DNA of 64,000 nucleotides from Pocillopora damicornis (Eukaryota): NCBI RefSeq assembly GCF_003704095.1, contig NW_020847604.1, positions 186,001 to 250,000 of the forward strand, read 5' to 3'. Shown piece by piece: positions 13,527 to 26,076 of this stretch (position 1 is its first letter; each line of letters starts with the position of its first letter). The notes under the pieces were generated by a model. It saw only the letters and a program-made list of their open reading frames with translations, ran no database searches and was not told where the DNA came from. The position numbers and the translations under genes were made by a program.

Positions 13527-15058
13527 ACGAACTCTGTTTAGTCCTCCCGGTCATTGATTACCAGAGGCCGACGTTTCCGCCGAGAGGGAAGAGTTTTTGC
13601 GGCCTGCTTGTGCAACGTCCCAGGACTTGCACAGGCATGAATTGAAAGGAAAAAAGTTAGATGAAAATATACTGAGGCAAGGGAGATATTTGCTCTACGT
13701 ACTGAATAAAGGTCACTAAAGGAAGGAGTGGCGATGATTTAGAAAGTGACTTGTGGGGCACAGGTTTAGGTGATATAGATAAATGGAATGGAGGGAAATT
13801 CGGATCAATTTGGTTCCTTGGGCATTTTATTTTAATTTCAACGATGTCAAAAACATTGCCGGCGACTTTTATTTTTCCTTTCCTTTGTTCCACGTTGGAA
13901 ATTGTGAGTTTGCATGTGTCTCTAACAAACCAAAGCACCGCAACTGATTTGTAGCCCGCTATTGTTACGCCGTTGTTGGAGTGTAAAATTTGCAAATTGC
14001 ACATATTGCTTTTTAACATATCAAGACGCATTGACTTTGAATGATACGATCGCTGATCACAACGTTGGTGTAATTCCGCTCTAATCTTTTCCCTTCCTTG
14101 CCATCTCGTTCCTTCTTGGAGGGAGAAACTATTTTCTCTCCAGATAGAGGTAATTTTCATGACAGTTTGCATACCACAACAAGCGACCCGAAATATGTTG
14201 CCAACGTAATGATAACAGGACCAACGTTGAGAAAAGTGAAAGCAGTTCAAAGGATAAAAACACGCATTTTGCTTTGAAATTAAATATCCTTGGCCAAGAC
14301 AATATTCCTTTCACTACCGGGAGATAACATCTCTTTATACTGTCATTCCCAATGACGAAGGTCTCTTGGCCCTCAATCATCATTTGATCAGTGGCGTAGC
14401 CATGGGTACGAAAATGGGACCCCAGCTGCGCCAATCTTTTCGTAAGTTTAATCGAACACCAATTTGACCTTTAGGAAACAACATTGGTGTACATGTTTCA
14501 TCAATCATTCGAGATAGTATCCGAAATCTGTGTCAATCGCGGCTACATCGCGCATTTAGACTCCTGTCAAGTTGAACAAATCAAAAGCCTTTTAAGCCTT
14601 TACCTTTCATTCTTTTGAAAAACTAGCGTCATGAATGTATTTACTGTGTGCACCCTACTCTAGGCGGATGGCCTGTTTTAAAGAAATCACTTTACTAATA
14701 CCTATGGACCCTTATCTGCACATGGCCATGAGGTTACACCTCGCACGAAAAAAGATCCCCAAAGCATCAAAGATGAAATTTTTTTTTCTTGAGCAATCAA
14801 CGATAACGTTTCTTGATCAATCCTTTCATTTAAAGTGTCTGGTTTCAAATGTAGTTTTTAAAGTTCCTCCGATCGCAACAGAAAAGAAAATTGCCAAATT
14901 GCCAAATTGCCCAACCACGTCCCACCTTAATGCCACCACCGCCTACAATTATCCAAATGTCACAGACTCTCAGTGATTTTACTCAATCATTTTATTAAAT
15001 CATTACATTGCAAATTTAATCATTCTCTGCTGAGATAAAAGTTCGCTTTTCATCTGTT

Positions 15059-16728
15059 TCACTTTCCCGTTCCGGGGGGGCCTTCTATGGGAGCACACTC
15101 GTATATGCCACAGGATCCACAACAAGCTTTGCATCGTTTATCTTCTGGGCAACGATGGAAGAAATCGCAAATGTTTAAGCCACACATGATTCCATTGCAG
15201 GGCCCACAGCCTGTACGTATGCAAGTTATAAAGAAGAATTGAAAAGAGTCGGCGAAAGATGATTTTTTCGTCTTGTCGCGAGCGTGAGATAAACGCTCAT
15301 CCCACGCTCTTGACAAGACTAACAAGCATCTTTTGCTATTTCTTTACCGAGCTCAAAGTAAACCGTCTTTCTTATGCTATTCTCTCTTATTCGCATTTTT
15401 TTAGAATGCATTGAAATCGATGGTTTAACCGGTCATCAATACTGCATTAAAGTTGTAACATGCAATCCTAGGATTCAATGTTTAAGCAATCCTGTCTCAC
15501 AAGCCATTATTCCATGCCTTCGGGCCGACATCAGTTGCAGATAAAAAAAAAAATTGGCATGGTTGTTACAGACCATGAATTGAACGGCACGGTTTACTTG
15601 AAATAGCTTAAAATGTGTATAAGCCCTCATCATTCTTCTTTGGTCCATTACGATCACTCAGTATTAAGTTGTACCAAAGTAGAGAGACTCGGTTCAACGT
15701 CATAAAATCTACAAAGTGACGTGCCCTGATATTGCAAATACGAACTGATCTACGTCCTCAGTTAAGTATCCGTGTAAACTGTAAAGCCTCGCTGACAGGT
15801 AGAAAGGTCGGCATAGAATAGTAAAAGCACAAAAAAATAAACTCTTACTTGCCACCTCTCCACATTTCACCTGGTGGAAAAAGTAAAAATTTAGTCAGAG
15901 GGCCAACGTTACAAATTAAGTTTGGTAAGTAAACTGATACAGGTAAGTGAGTGTTCTATCATTCACAACAGATAATGAAACCTAGCTTCCGCGTTCCCTT
16001 AAACGGATAAAAGATCTTTAGTTCCAGGAGAATTAGGTGGGGATTCGCCGCTACTAACGAAGCGGCTATAAGTTTAACGTGCTTCAACTGATCTGCCGAG
16101 TGTCTGGGTTGTGTGTGAATCAAGCGAATAAAGTTCTGCTCAATTTTACGCTCCCTCGAGCTCAAGAAAACTGAAGAACATATGGGCACACCTTTGTCTA
16201 CCTCCACATTCATTAATTTCAATTCGAAAAAAAATAGTCTCAATTAGTACTTCTAAAGCACACCCCTTTACAGCTGTATGGATGCAATTGCCAGTTAAAC
16301 TATATTAGTTATGGTCGTCACAGAACTTCTAAGAAAACTGATAAAAAATCGGTTTGCATTGATTAAACAAGCTGAAGACTCTTCTGTTGAACAGTAACAG
16401 CAAAATGGCATCTATCTTTGAACTAAGAAACTGCTAACTTCACCCTCTCACAATTTACATCTCATTCACAATATTGACATCTTTTGATCGGTCATTCTTG
16501 TTAAATGCATCACTAAGCTTTCTCATCAGTTTTATTTCATCGTTGATACTCATGAGTAACTTTCCCCTCCCTAAGCATAATTTCCTACCCCTAGCCTCAG
16601 AAGAAAATGTTCGAAAGGGACAGAATAAGTGAGTAATAAATTGTGTGCCCAAAGTACAGGTATTGACCAACCTCTCCACTGTAGAAGCTCAAGATAGCCA
16701 AAACACCCAGAAAAATCGACAACTTCAT
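15059..16728 (-). CDS. Small secreted cysteine-rich peptide precursor (76 aa, 10 Cys, C-terminal GK)
   Basis: Exons 16728-16672 (MKLSIFLGVLAILSFYSGE), 22-nt microexon 15870-15849 (VKCGEVA) and 15210-15059 (SCGPCNGIMCGLNICDFFHRCPEDKRCKACCGSCGIYECAPIEGPPGTGK*). Canonical GT-AG sites, phases 0 and 1 match. Probable 5'UTR exon ending 16827; AATAAA at 14996-14991. Confidence 0.8.
15270..15380. repeat. Head-to-head SINE fragments forming a short hairpin
   Basis: tcttgtcgcgagcgtgagat / atcccacgctcttgacaaga (17/20 inverted match); same family as the 7.3 kb and 23.6 kb copies. Confidence 0.55.
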
Positions 16729-19700
16729 ATTCCCACCTGGAATAAAGTATATTACTGTTACTTGACTCGGTCAACCTCAAAGGAGAACCCTGGAAAATTT
16801 CTGATAGTCTACATATATTTACTCACCTATTTTAGAGCGACTCAATGTTAGTGCTGTGAGGATGCTATTAGTGATGATAGCTATAAGACTGGACAGCAAT
16901 GATCTTCTCTTAGCTTTACCTTTCCTATTCGTGAATGTGCTGTTTTGCAAGTTAAATGCCTTAAAAAAAACAGCTGAGAACATAGTGATGCATGATATCT
17001 TTCTGAAAGCGGCAAAACAAGAATAAATTTTGAAGAACCATTTTCAAGAATGAATAAATGAATGATTTTCAATTTTTGTCTGAGTACTGCATTTTCAGTA
17101 ATTGCAATGGCCACAAAAGGACAAAACAAATCATGTAGCCTCTTGTTGATCGTAAAGAACGACCGGATCCTAGCAAGTGAGATACTGACTGGCCTTTAGG
17201 CACGATTGATAATTGAAAGCTTTCGAAATGGAAGACAATTTGCGATTAAAGGTTTACTCAGCTGAATAAATGTAAATTATCTTATGCTATTAAATCTTAA
17301 GATAAACAACACTGTATCGAAAGGAAAGCATTTGTTCTTAAAAAACTTTCAAGCCTTTATTCAATGTCTACAAGATAAACTTCTTCCTCCCTTTCAAAAA
17401 AAACGTCACAAAATTGTCAAGATTATTATTGAAAGATTTGCATAACCACAAAAAAGTGTAGAAGTGGGGATTTTGTCAGAATATCTTGCTGCTTACAATA
17501 GGTTAGTCTAAGATGGTGGCTAAGCACTGTACGTGAAATATTCTTTTATGAAATTGTATACTCAACTCTCAGATGTGGTTTACCTCTTAGCGACATTCAA
17601 TTGAATGATAAAATTCCAGGGAGTTAGTGGTGATAGCCTAGCTGTGGTTGTTCAGCCATTCGGCTGGTTACACACTGAATACATGAGTTGACGGTTTGAT
17701 GATTGAGTGATATTCACTTGACTCAAACAATTGAAAAAAAATATTGTTCAAAAGATTAAAAAGTGATCATTAATTCGTTCTTGTAAAAAAAAGACACGAA
17801 AAAGAAACTTGCTTCGATATTATGATGAAAATTTACTTCCGCGATTGTTTTGGGTTTCTGGCCAAATTAGCCATGAAGCATTTGACGCCCTTAAGCAGGA
17901 AGTTAAAGTGCTTATAACACGAATCTTCTTTTGCCAAAATATTTAGCTTATAACATGTCCAAACAAATTCCGATAAAAGAAAAATTTTAAAAAAACTCGA
18001 AACTCGGTTTTATCGGGCCCTTAAGAGCTCTTATTTTGTTCTAAAAGTGTCCCGTAGAAAACTGTGAAAAGTCTCAGTTGACACTTACAAATCTCTCACA
18101 TCTCTTGTAATTTTGTATCAGTCAGCGTCGAAACACTCTTAAAAAAATGTCCGACAGCGATGTATCTGCCTTCAGCAAGCTCTACCGAGAGTTGTGATAC
18201 ATTGCATTCAAGTAGTAAAAAGGAGATGGTGTTACGATGAAGACTGACAAAGATCGTTTCTCACCTGCGGTGTTCAGGTCAATATCAGCGCAAAAAACTC
18301 CCGTTACTGAATGTTTAGTTTGTTGCGTTTGTGTTTTGTGCTACTGTTGCTACTTTAGTTTCTTGAGAGCAGAAAGGAATTTGATGGCTCATGGGATGGA
18401 ATTTCGGAGACCTAAGTTGAGGGAATACACGGCTCCTTCGAGTTTGTGTTTATGCCAGCATCTGCCACGGTACCGCCTGTTCGGGCAGCAGGACATCGGT
18501 CAGCTCAGGAAAGGGCTTGAACTTTACAAAAAATTATGTATTTCTGTTATTAAATGATACGATGGAAACTGCTTGGTAGGATTTTCATGCGATAAGAAAA
18601 GCGTAAATGTAGTCACGTGGAAAGACAAAGAGTACGTGTAGATCTCAAGCGCATGAAATAAACAGCAATAAAAAGCTCACCCATTATTCGCATGCGAAAT
18701 GTCAGCCGAAAAGAATGTGGAAAAATCGTTTACGGTGTGTAAACTGGCCCCTCAATCAGCATTATTTTTAGCTGAATTCATTGGCCATCTTCCCCTGATT
18801 TGGCCAGTGGTATGTGTTTGTAACAACCGTCTTCAAAGCCGGTACGGAGCTGACATTGAAGAGTAACATCTCCTCGATGTCGACGATCAAAATGCGTCCA
18901 TTTTGGCCTAACAGCTACATTCTTTGCAAAGTAGTGTATAGAAATACTCAGTGTGTGTATTATTCTTGTCTTCTTGTGCCGCCCCGGCCACGCAATACGT
19001 TCGCAATAGGTTCGTCCGAGATTTCTCGTTTGTCCTTCACAGTTGCCGACGTGTCTACACAGTTTTCTACGTCACAGCAACGTGAAATGATCGTTTTGGC
19101 TGCGCGCTTGATGAGGACACTTTTTGGCCACAAAATCGTACTTTGAATGCGCAAAAAATGGTTAAGGAGAGCTCGCTAGGCGTTAAGGTCGATTATTTCT
19201 AAATTAAATACAGCTATCAACCAGAAAATGCAAAGAACATTTTCGTATCATTAAGGATGACTATGTGTTCCACACTGCCGGTTAAAAACAAAGAAACGTT
19301 CTGTTCATTTATCAATAATTGATCTCTTTTTCGCCCACACTCCTTATCCTAAATAACTCTTGATTCTATTACAAAGATAACAAGAACTTTCCAAACAACT
19401 TTGTTAAAAGCCATCAAGTAATCAGTGCTGTTTCAGCGTCAGATGCAAATTTGATAAAAGTAAAAAGTCTATACAAACGAAAAGCTGTCTCCTGGCATGT
19501 TTGCATCTTCAGTGATCAGTGATCTGACGACAGCGTAGCCAGCGGAATTTTTGTGCGCGAAGGGTTAGTCGTGCTACAACTGAAATGAATGGCCAAAGAA
19601 ATCTATACAGCCACTCCTGTCAACAAGACAAGAACAAGAATACCTTAGCTCCAGAGAATTTCCCATACCCACACGAACTACATGCAATAATATTGCATTC

Positions 19701-20658
19701 AAACTGCTTAAAAATGTCTATAATACGACCAGACTGATCAATTTGATGTCAACAACTTCGTTACAAATGTAATTTTAAGTTCAGTTAATTTATGATAGAC
19801 GTCACGTTCTCTGGCGTAGGTGTCTTCACCTAAAACATTTAGCATCCTCGGGGCTTTTTATACTTTGTGTCTCCCTAACCATGTAATTTACCAGCGACGG
19901 TCATATGTCTTTGGTAGAGGTAAAGTGCTTAGAAGAGCAACGTGTAAGCGCGATAGAACTGATGTTACCATTATTATTATGGTGGTATCTTTGGCTAACG
20001 TTCATTACGATAATTATTGAACGTGTTTAATGTTCCAATGCTTTGTTGCATGTTATCAGCGGATAACCTCAAATTGAATTTAGCACATGAAATAGTTTTT
20101 GACTTGATAGGGAATGAATCAAAAACTACACACCAATTTATTGTGGTGCACAATCTTTTTCTTACATTTGGCTTGCAAGTTACAAATTACATTACATTAG
20201 GAGAAAGAATAATCAATCACTCATAAATTAACGGTTATATACATAAAGCAATTATACATGTCATCTTTACGAATTTACAACAACGGATGACCGTTGCATT
20301 TCAATTTATTAAAGTTGCAGTGTGCGGAATTAAAAATGTAGCCTGGTAATGCAGATTCCAAGGTAAAAACTCAGTGATAGAGCTGAATGGTAGCATAAAG
20401 ATAAAAGAGATGAGGAGGTCTCTGAAAAACATTAAGAGCCTATAGCTGGTCACGTATTGAAAAATCTAAGTGACAAAACAAGCTATAGTTGGCTGACGAA
20501 AGGTCTTGTTTGGGAGATGCCTTGATTTCTAAAAATTATGTACAATATCTATAGTATAAAACTCCCTGTATCTTGAACTTGTGCCTATGTTGTCACGAAG
20601 AGTATCACTTTGTTGGATAGACAAGACCCATTGATTTGCTGTTATTGATTCTACAGAG

Positions 20659-23600
20659 TCAATTGGGAGACTGTGGAAGGCGTTCTCCATAACACACGAG
20701 CTTTCCCAGTGTGTGGTATCCTACTTCGTCTTTATGATCTGTGTCTCCAAACCTTAGCTGGGTAACAGGCAGGGTACTTTCATCGCTCAGGTAGCCACTG
20801 TCTTCTAGCCATTCGCTATTCTCTGTATCGCAGTTGCAATTTTGTTTATTTGAAATGCAGGTAAGGGTCTCGCCGCAAGCGCACATTCCACTGCCTGGAG
20901 AAGCTCCACCCCAATACTCCATTATCTCACCCTCACGTGACACCCAATAGCCCGTATTGTGTTTCAGTAAGGCTGACTTATAACACTCGTATTTGATAAA
21001 TTGGTGGCAACTCTCTGACACTTTCATAAGACTTACAATTTGGGATAAAGTTACTCCTGTGTAACTTATGTCTTTCATATAGCTTCCACTAGGTCCGAAA
21101 CCATTAACTTCGGTCCTGTTCTCGCTGTCGTGGCTTACGAGTGTCGCGCCAGTACCATCTACCATGCTCATGTTGCAAAATACTAGAAAGGGAGCCACGC
21201 CAGTATCCTCACCATCAGGATCAATGAAATATATTCCACTTGTATCTACTTGATTGTCGCCTGATGATAGTTCCTGTTGGATTTTGATGTGGTGACATGT
21301 ACGATGAATATGAACATACACATTAACGAATCCTTGCAGAATGACAAGATCATTCTCAGCTTGGCATATATACGTGCCAGCATGGGACAACTCAGCAAAG
21401 GCAATAAACAACGTGTTGTTATCAAAAACACGCACCCCAGAGACGTTCGGTAAAAGCCATGTCATTTTTGGTTTCAGATCACTTTTAGCTAAGCAGGGAA
21501 TTATGAGTGAGTCGCCGATAAAAATATTAAAGGGACCAAAGGAAGAATCCGTCGTGAATTCGAGAACTGAATGCACATGTAGCTCTGCTGATGATGAAAT
21601 AGTACCGGCAGTGCTGGTAGCAGTGCAGGTATAATTCCCAGAGTCACTCCTTAAAACACTCCACAAGGACAAGCTATCAAAAGCCACAAGAGACCTTCCT
21701 ACTGGTAAAGTTCCATTTTCTTTTGACCACGTGATGTTGGGTATGGGATCGCCATACGCTGAGCACGTGAACGTCACGTTCTCTTTCTCTTCAATAATTG
21801 TGGACATCGGTTGTGATGTAAAAGAAGGTGGTTCTATAAAAAAGAAATGGCACATTCTTAGAGAAAGCATTGGTTAACCAACAGATTTTGCTAGAGGATA
21901 AGGTTTCGCTTTTTTTCGTCGAGAATGATAGCAGTCCGTCGAATTTTCAGCCATTAAAAATGGAATGACATGTCCAGAAAATCAATATTTCAGACTGTTA
22001 GTATTTTGGGATTTTAGACCGTGTTTGTAACTTCTGGATCAATTGACACTTGACACTTGACCGGCTTGACTAAAGTTATTGTTATCATGTTTTGTTTTGT
22101 TTTTAATTTTTTTATTATCATGACACTTTTATGTCAAAACTCCAAATTCGGGAAAATTCCTCGTAAGGTAGGGTATCAAATATGTCTAAGTGATTCATCA
22201 GTTCCGGCCGTTGTACCGAAACCTATTGATACCTCCGAGGCGACAGGCAAACCCATCTCCTTGGTAAGGGCTCTTTGCAGAAGCACCTATAGGATCCAAC
22301 TGTGTTACGAGGCGACAGGCAAACCCATCTCCTTGGTAAGGGCTCTTTGCAGAAGCACCTATAGGATCCAACTGTGTTACGAGGCGACAGGCAAACCCAT
22401 CTCCTTGGTAAGGGCTCTTTGCAGAAGCACCTATAGGATCCAACTGTGTTACGAGGCGACAGGCAAACCCATCTCCTTGGTAAGGGCTCTTTGCAGAAGC
22501 ACCTATAGGATCCAACTGTGTTACGACAAGACGCTTCTGCATGACATTTGAGTGTTAAATTGTCACACTCGTCAACATCTAAGTATACAAAGATACCACC
22601 ATTGTATTTAAGAAATAAAAGAATGCCTTGGAATGGGAATGGTCTTGTAAATGGTCAGCGAACCGGACTTTTGACCTGGCGGATTTGAAGCCCTACCAGA
22701 ATAAATTTGTTGTTCTCCTACAAATGCTACATGTTTCCACCAAGAGCTCAAATGGGTATCACTAAGTTCTCAGTTAAACCTTATGGTTTTACATCCCAGT
22801 CGGCAGGATTACCCACAAATCGTACCAGGCTCGTTAGCCAATAGGTTTATAAGACTTGGTCAACAAGAATAACTGATCTGCGTGAATAAGACATTCACTG
22901 ATCTCAAGAAATCTGATTGCAATCAAGGAAGATACCAGATGGTCCATGTGAATCAAAAGTAAAAGGAAAGCACCAGTCACATTTTTCAGAAATGACCGCT
23001 TTGACGCCAACAGAAATAGCTACTCAGAGGAGCATGCTAAAACAGGACTCTTATGTAACTTCAAAACGTTTTTCTTTCCTGGGCGTTAAAGTAAAGATGC
23101 TGGGACGTTCAATAGGGTGTCCGTTTAGAGAACGTCTAGAGACGAAGTTTGTCTAAAGTCAGAAACTATTAAAAGTAAAACCTTTGCATCATAAAAGTGG
23201 TTGAGTTGCATGTTTGTGCTATTTTAGGGGCAAAACTTACCTCATAACGAAAAAATCTTGGATCACCTTAATCCTTTTTTAAGATTTAACGCTTGACTCA
23301 ATTTAAACAGAACATGAGACTAAGTGCTGGATTATGTACCCTCATCAGACATCATTCCCACATCACATCAGCGATCTCAAACTTTGAGATTACTTAGAAA
23401 AGGAAGTCGAAGCCTCGCCTTTGTTTTGGAAATGTTTCGGTCGAAAGTTCAGGATCGCCTCCAAATGTCCATGGCAGGGACAGAATGGAGATACATACGT
23501 CATGAAGCAATATTTCAAAGTATTGCAATTAGAATGAGAAAGATGGTAAATTTTAAGGTCGGTAAAGAAATGAAGAAAGATGTTTTTCGTCTTGTCACGA

Positions 23601-26076
23601 GTGTGGGACAAAGAAAAAATTCTGAGTNNNNNNNNNNNNNNNNNNNNNNNNNNNNNNNNNNNNNNNNNNNNNNNNNNNNNNNNNNNNNNNNNNNNNNNNN
23701 NNNNNNNNNNNNNNNNNNNNNNNNNNNATAGCCACTTTAATGTGAGGTTAGTGTCATCGATGCCATGTCATCCACGCTCCCCAGAGACACCTTTTGCTGT
23801 TTGGAAACGGGGGGCCTTGGTTGGAGGCCCATGGCCATGCCACACACACACACACTACACCTCGCTTCAAGCTTTGTCCGACTCGTGCCCCAGTCATGCA
23901 TTTAAAAGATGAGCACACCCTTTATTTCACCGCGAACAGCTCTGAAAATAGGAAAATTAAACTTTGGCCGCTTAAATTCGGTTCTTTGTACACGAAAGTG
24001 AAGACATTGCTTTAATTGCTAATAAGATATTTTCCTCCAAAATCTGAATCATTTTACTTGTATCTATACTACTCAGCCTCAGAAGCTCTCCCAGCCTCTC
24101 TCTGTGTGTGGTAAGTGATAAACTCGCACAAAACGAGACTGCTCTTAAAGCACACACCTCGATTCCGCGGTAAAAGTATCCGGGCTTGTCTGTCATGTTC
24201 TGAGGATCTCTAAACTCATCAGACTTGCTGATTTCACAGTCTCGTATGCCATTGTCTAGCACTGGTCCTAGATTATATGACACACACAGCTCGTGCATAA
24301 AACATTTCAACTGGCAATCGTCTTCTTTTGCAACAGGATATGAAGTTAGCACGTGATCGTTCAATGATTTGTCGTGTCTTACAGCAAGAAGCTTGACTAG
24401 TGTGCATCGGCCATCTTGAAATTGAAAAGAAATTGATATGTAAGTCGAACAAAGATGTTACTGTAAGGTTAAGGGCAATCTCTGAGTCACTCTGAATCTA
24501 ATTAAAATTACTGTTTGTGGTATATCGAGAAATGGAGTGCTCCGTTGAAAGCCATTGTAAAAGAAACACATAAAAACCATGCGTTGTTTTGCTAATGTTT
24601 CTCCTGAGTTTTGCTTTACTGAGAAGTTACACAAAAATACTTAAAATATGTCAATACACACATACTCCTGCGGAGTATCATTTAGCGCGCCCCCGGCCGC
24701 AGTTTGTTTAATTGGTTGAAAATTGCTTTAATTATCAAAAGGCTAACATGTTCATTAGCAACACTCGCAGCACTAGAATTTTCTGATTGTGGGTATTTCT
24801 TTGATTCTAGCCAGGAAATCTTATGGCAACATGCCGTGTAAAATCCTCTTCCCGATTTAATTATCCTCATTTACCTAAATCAAATAGAAAATAGGAGTAG
24901 GGAGCGGAGAGTGGAGGAGGGGGAAGGTGTTTTTTAAGTAATGGAATATGCGTCTTGGTCTACAGTTTTGTCTCCTACACTACCCTGCAACTTGAACTAT
25001 TTCCAAAAATCAGCCAAAATCTCGGATTTGCGCTGTTCGAGCGTTAACTTACAACCATTAGTTTCTTATTTTAAAAAGAAAGTATCTTGTTTTAAATTGG
25101 CCGGTAAATTTAAGGCCTTGTTGACGAACAACTCAACTTTGAAAAACTGAGGCATGACCTAGATGAGTGTTTGACCTCTGTTGACACAAAATTCCATAAC
25201 TATATAACCTATAGGGTCTATATTTGGCACTTTGCATGCCAGCTATGAGGCAATTGCTTTTGTTTTACAAGCAATTTTTATTTCCAATCTGATATAAAAT
25301 GATATTTTCATCTAAAATGAAGAAGAGATTTTCATTTCGAGTGAATGTCTTTCGTATTTGTTTGTTCAAGTTTGTTTAAACAGCACCCTTCAACATAAGA
25401 TAATGTTGGATCCGTGGACACTACAGCTTAAAAATATCGATACTAGAGAATCCTTTAGGCTTTAATTTTCTGACTCTCGCTGAATTTTCTTCTTCTAGCT
25501 ATTCAACCACTTGACAAGAAATTTACCGAAACTTTCATTACCTCATAAACAAAACAACAACATTGCGAAACTTGTGTTCTTGATTACGTAGACTTGCGTT
25601 TCCCTACCTTAAAACGGATACATATACATAAGACTCACGAAAAACAAATGTTGATTCTTCAATCATGGATAGAATTTGATAAAAGAACGCGTCCTTTTCC
25701 CTCTAATTTTCTACGTTTTGCAAATATTTTATTCCATTAATTAATCTTTTTATTTTTCATAATCATTTTTGGGAGTTGTTCACTCTTAAAGTGTCTCTTA
25801 TTCTTTCATGTAAAAATCTCGCTCGGTTGAACCCGATATTTCTGAAAAGCTTGGTCGCCAATGGAGTCGAAGGGCTCTAAATTTTCACTGCGGAATACAA
25901 CTGTGATATGATACATATCCATATTAATGTTTTCATGGATAAGCTGAACTATCAGTTTCACGTATGAACAAAGTCACCACGTACTTACCGACCAGAGCCT
26001 GCGAAATGGTAAAGCCAAGAAGGGTGCTAAGAATGAAAACCGTCAGGGCGCTGGTTTGACACAGAAAAACCGCCAT
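20659..26076 (-). CDS. Secreted mosaic protein: signal peptide - PAN/apple-like - (EGF?) - Ca-binding EGF - 2x Ig (I-set) - CNTNAP/neurexin-IV-type fibrinogen-like domain; apparently frameshifted in the EGF_CA exon
   Basis: Exons 26076-25989 (MAVFLCQTSALTVFILSTLLGFTISQALV), 24414-24158 (CQLKCFMHELCVSYNLG...CEISKSD...YFYRGIE), 22578-22233 (DVDEC...CHAEASCRNTVGSYRCFC) and 21833-20659 (Ig: FTCSAYGDPIPNITWSK...DSGNYTC; SGIYFIDPDG...VFCNM...QFIKYEC...GYWVSR...YWGG...CNCD...LPVTQLRFGD...HTLGKLVC). No TM segment. Confidence 0.8.
22237..22524. repeat. Four identical 72-bp tandem copies inside the EGF_CA exon
   Basis: Units start at 22237, 22309, 22381 and 22453; identical by inspection; 'cga' microhomology at the junctions. 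Confidence 0.95.
23525..23627 (-). mobile_element. SINE-like repeat fragment abutting an assembly gap
   Basis: Shares cgtcttgtcacgagtgtgggacaaagaaaaattctgagt with the 7.3-kb copy. Confidence 0.6.

Noticed and set aside
16827-16960. Signal-peptide exon of the Cys-rich peptide (SLLSSLIAIITNSILTALTL)
   Set aside because: No in-frame ATG and the wrong phase; the 16728-16672 exon fits properly, so this region is probably 5'UTR/promoter.
18237-19154. Protein-coding gene
   Set aside because: No recognisable domain or consistent splice model; probably repeat-derived.
22057-22551. Plus-strand 164-aa repetitive ORF
   Set aside because: Antisense by-product of the 72-bp repeat in the minus-strand EGF exon.
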